NCBI GenBank assembly: GCA_965645245.1
Contig: OZ287072.1
Span: 1,736,001 to 1,800,000, forward strand
Direction: 5' to 3'
DNA from: Massalongia carnosa
Taxonomy: Eukaryota
DNA: 64,000 nt
Part shown: one piece after another, positions 63,101 to 64,000 of the stretch
Numbering within the stretch: position 1 is the first letter of the stretch
How the letters are laid out: the number at the start of each line of letters is the position of its first letter
The notes under the pieces: generated by a model
The model's input: only the letters and a program-made list of their open reading frames with translations
Told to the model about the DNA's origin: nothing
Databases searched by the model: none
Program-made: the position numbers and the translations under genes

Positions 63101-64000
63101 TGCAAAATCAAATTTCAAATCGAAAATACAAAGGAATCTGCTAAATCAAGTTATTATTCGACCTTATCCAAAATTAAATCAATGAACTCCGATAAATCCC
63201 GAGTTTTACTTTATACAGATGGATCGAAAATCGAATTTGCAACGTCTGCAGTCACATTTGCGCCAGTTATAAGGAATTGGAGTAATATTATCAATAATTT
63301 TAATCGATTTATCGAAAAAGATTGTCTGATCAAGTATCATACGATTTCGAAAAGCTGGAAATTAAGCAAAAAGTCAAGCATTAAAAATTCTGAACTGCAT
63401 GCGATTTTACAAGCAATGAAATGAGTCTATAAATTGTCGAATACTAATATTTTATCGAACTTAGAAAAAACGATTTGGATTTTTTCTGATAGTATAAACG
63501 CGATAAACGAAATTCAGAACTTGACAAATCATATTTTCGCCAGACAAATTCGAAAGCTCGCAAAAATCTTATTTGAAAGCAATTTTCAGGTGATTTTGCA
63601 ATGGGTTCCGAGTCATTCAAATATTACCGAAAACGAAATTGCAGACAAAATAGCAAAGACGGGCCATAATCAAATCCTAGTCGAGTCCTCGGCGATAACA
63701 TTTGATTATGTAAAAGATCAAATAAATCAAAATATGCTAACCACATGGAGGAATCAATGGCAACAATGCAAATCAAAAGGCAAATACTACGAGAAATTCG
63801 AAATGAAACCTGGCATATCGAGATTTTATTATTTATCAAACAACTGTTCCAAATTGATATTTGCTACTATTATGCAATTAAAATTCGGACACGGCTATTT
63901 TCGATCTTATTTACAGCGATTCAAAGATTATAATTCGTCAAAATGCACAAATCGATGCAATCAACGACAAACGCCAGAACACTTGTTATTGAATTGCATT
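60188..64000 (+). pseudogene. ORF2, subfamily B, in-frame stops at ~60890, ~62018 and ~63422
   Basis: ORFs 60188-60892, 60929-62020 and 62042-63424 share one frame; EN, RT and RNase H motifs. Confidence 0.9.

Larger units (their letters stand above)
57653..64000 (+). mobile_element. Subfamily B LINE with full 5' end, running off the window
   Basis: 5'UTR 57653-58529; ORF1 58530-60188; ORF2 from 60188. Confidence 0.93.

Noticed and set aside
1..64000. Prokaryotic RT systems (retron, group II intron, DGR), LTR elements, tRNA/rRNA or host genes
   Set aside because: The APE-RT-RNase H-CCHC layout, A-tails, 5' truncations and variable TSDs identify a eukaryotic LINE. No LTRs, integrase or RNA genes are recognisable.

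Overview
The window has no cellular genes. It is an almost uninterrupted 64-kb nest of one AT-rich non-LTR retrotransposon (LINE) family of the fungal Tad1/CgT1 type. A full unit is about 6.7 kb: ~0.9-kb 5'UTR, gag-like ORF1 (524-552 aa, C-terminal Cys/His knuckles), a TAATG stop/start overlap, ORF2 (1337 aa when reconstructed: APE endonuclease, RT with FIDD, RNase H, CCHC finger), ~235-nt 3'UTR and an A-rich tail. I resolve about 19 LINE pieces on both strands, in four subfamilies that I label by ORF1 N-terminus: A=MFNAVM, B=MLNRRF, C=MFNPVL, D=(V/M)FNQVI. They are inserted into each other, and eight insertions are closed by visible 12-15-bp target-site duplications (TSDs). No ORF2 is fully intact. 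The only other element is a 1934-bp pogo/Fot1-like DNA transposon (99-bp TIRs, TA TSD) inside an ORF1. Most interesting: family-exclusive self-nesting (candidate centromeric or self-targeting array); two insertions at the identical nucleotide; junctions clustered in the ORF1 zinc-knuckle region; head-to-head same-subfamily junctions with twin-priming (5'-inversion) geometry; unexplained ~10-40-nt leaders at full-length 5' ends; and a nearly ATG-free 5'UTR with covarying hairpins. A host such as a powdery-mildew-like ascomycete without obvious RIP is only an inference.
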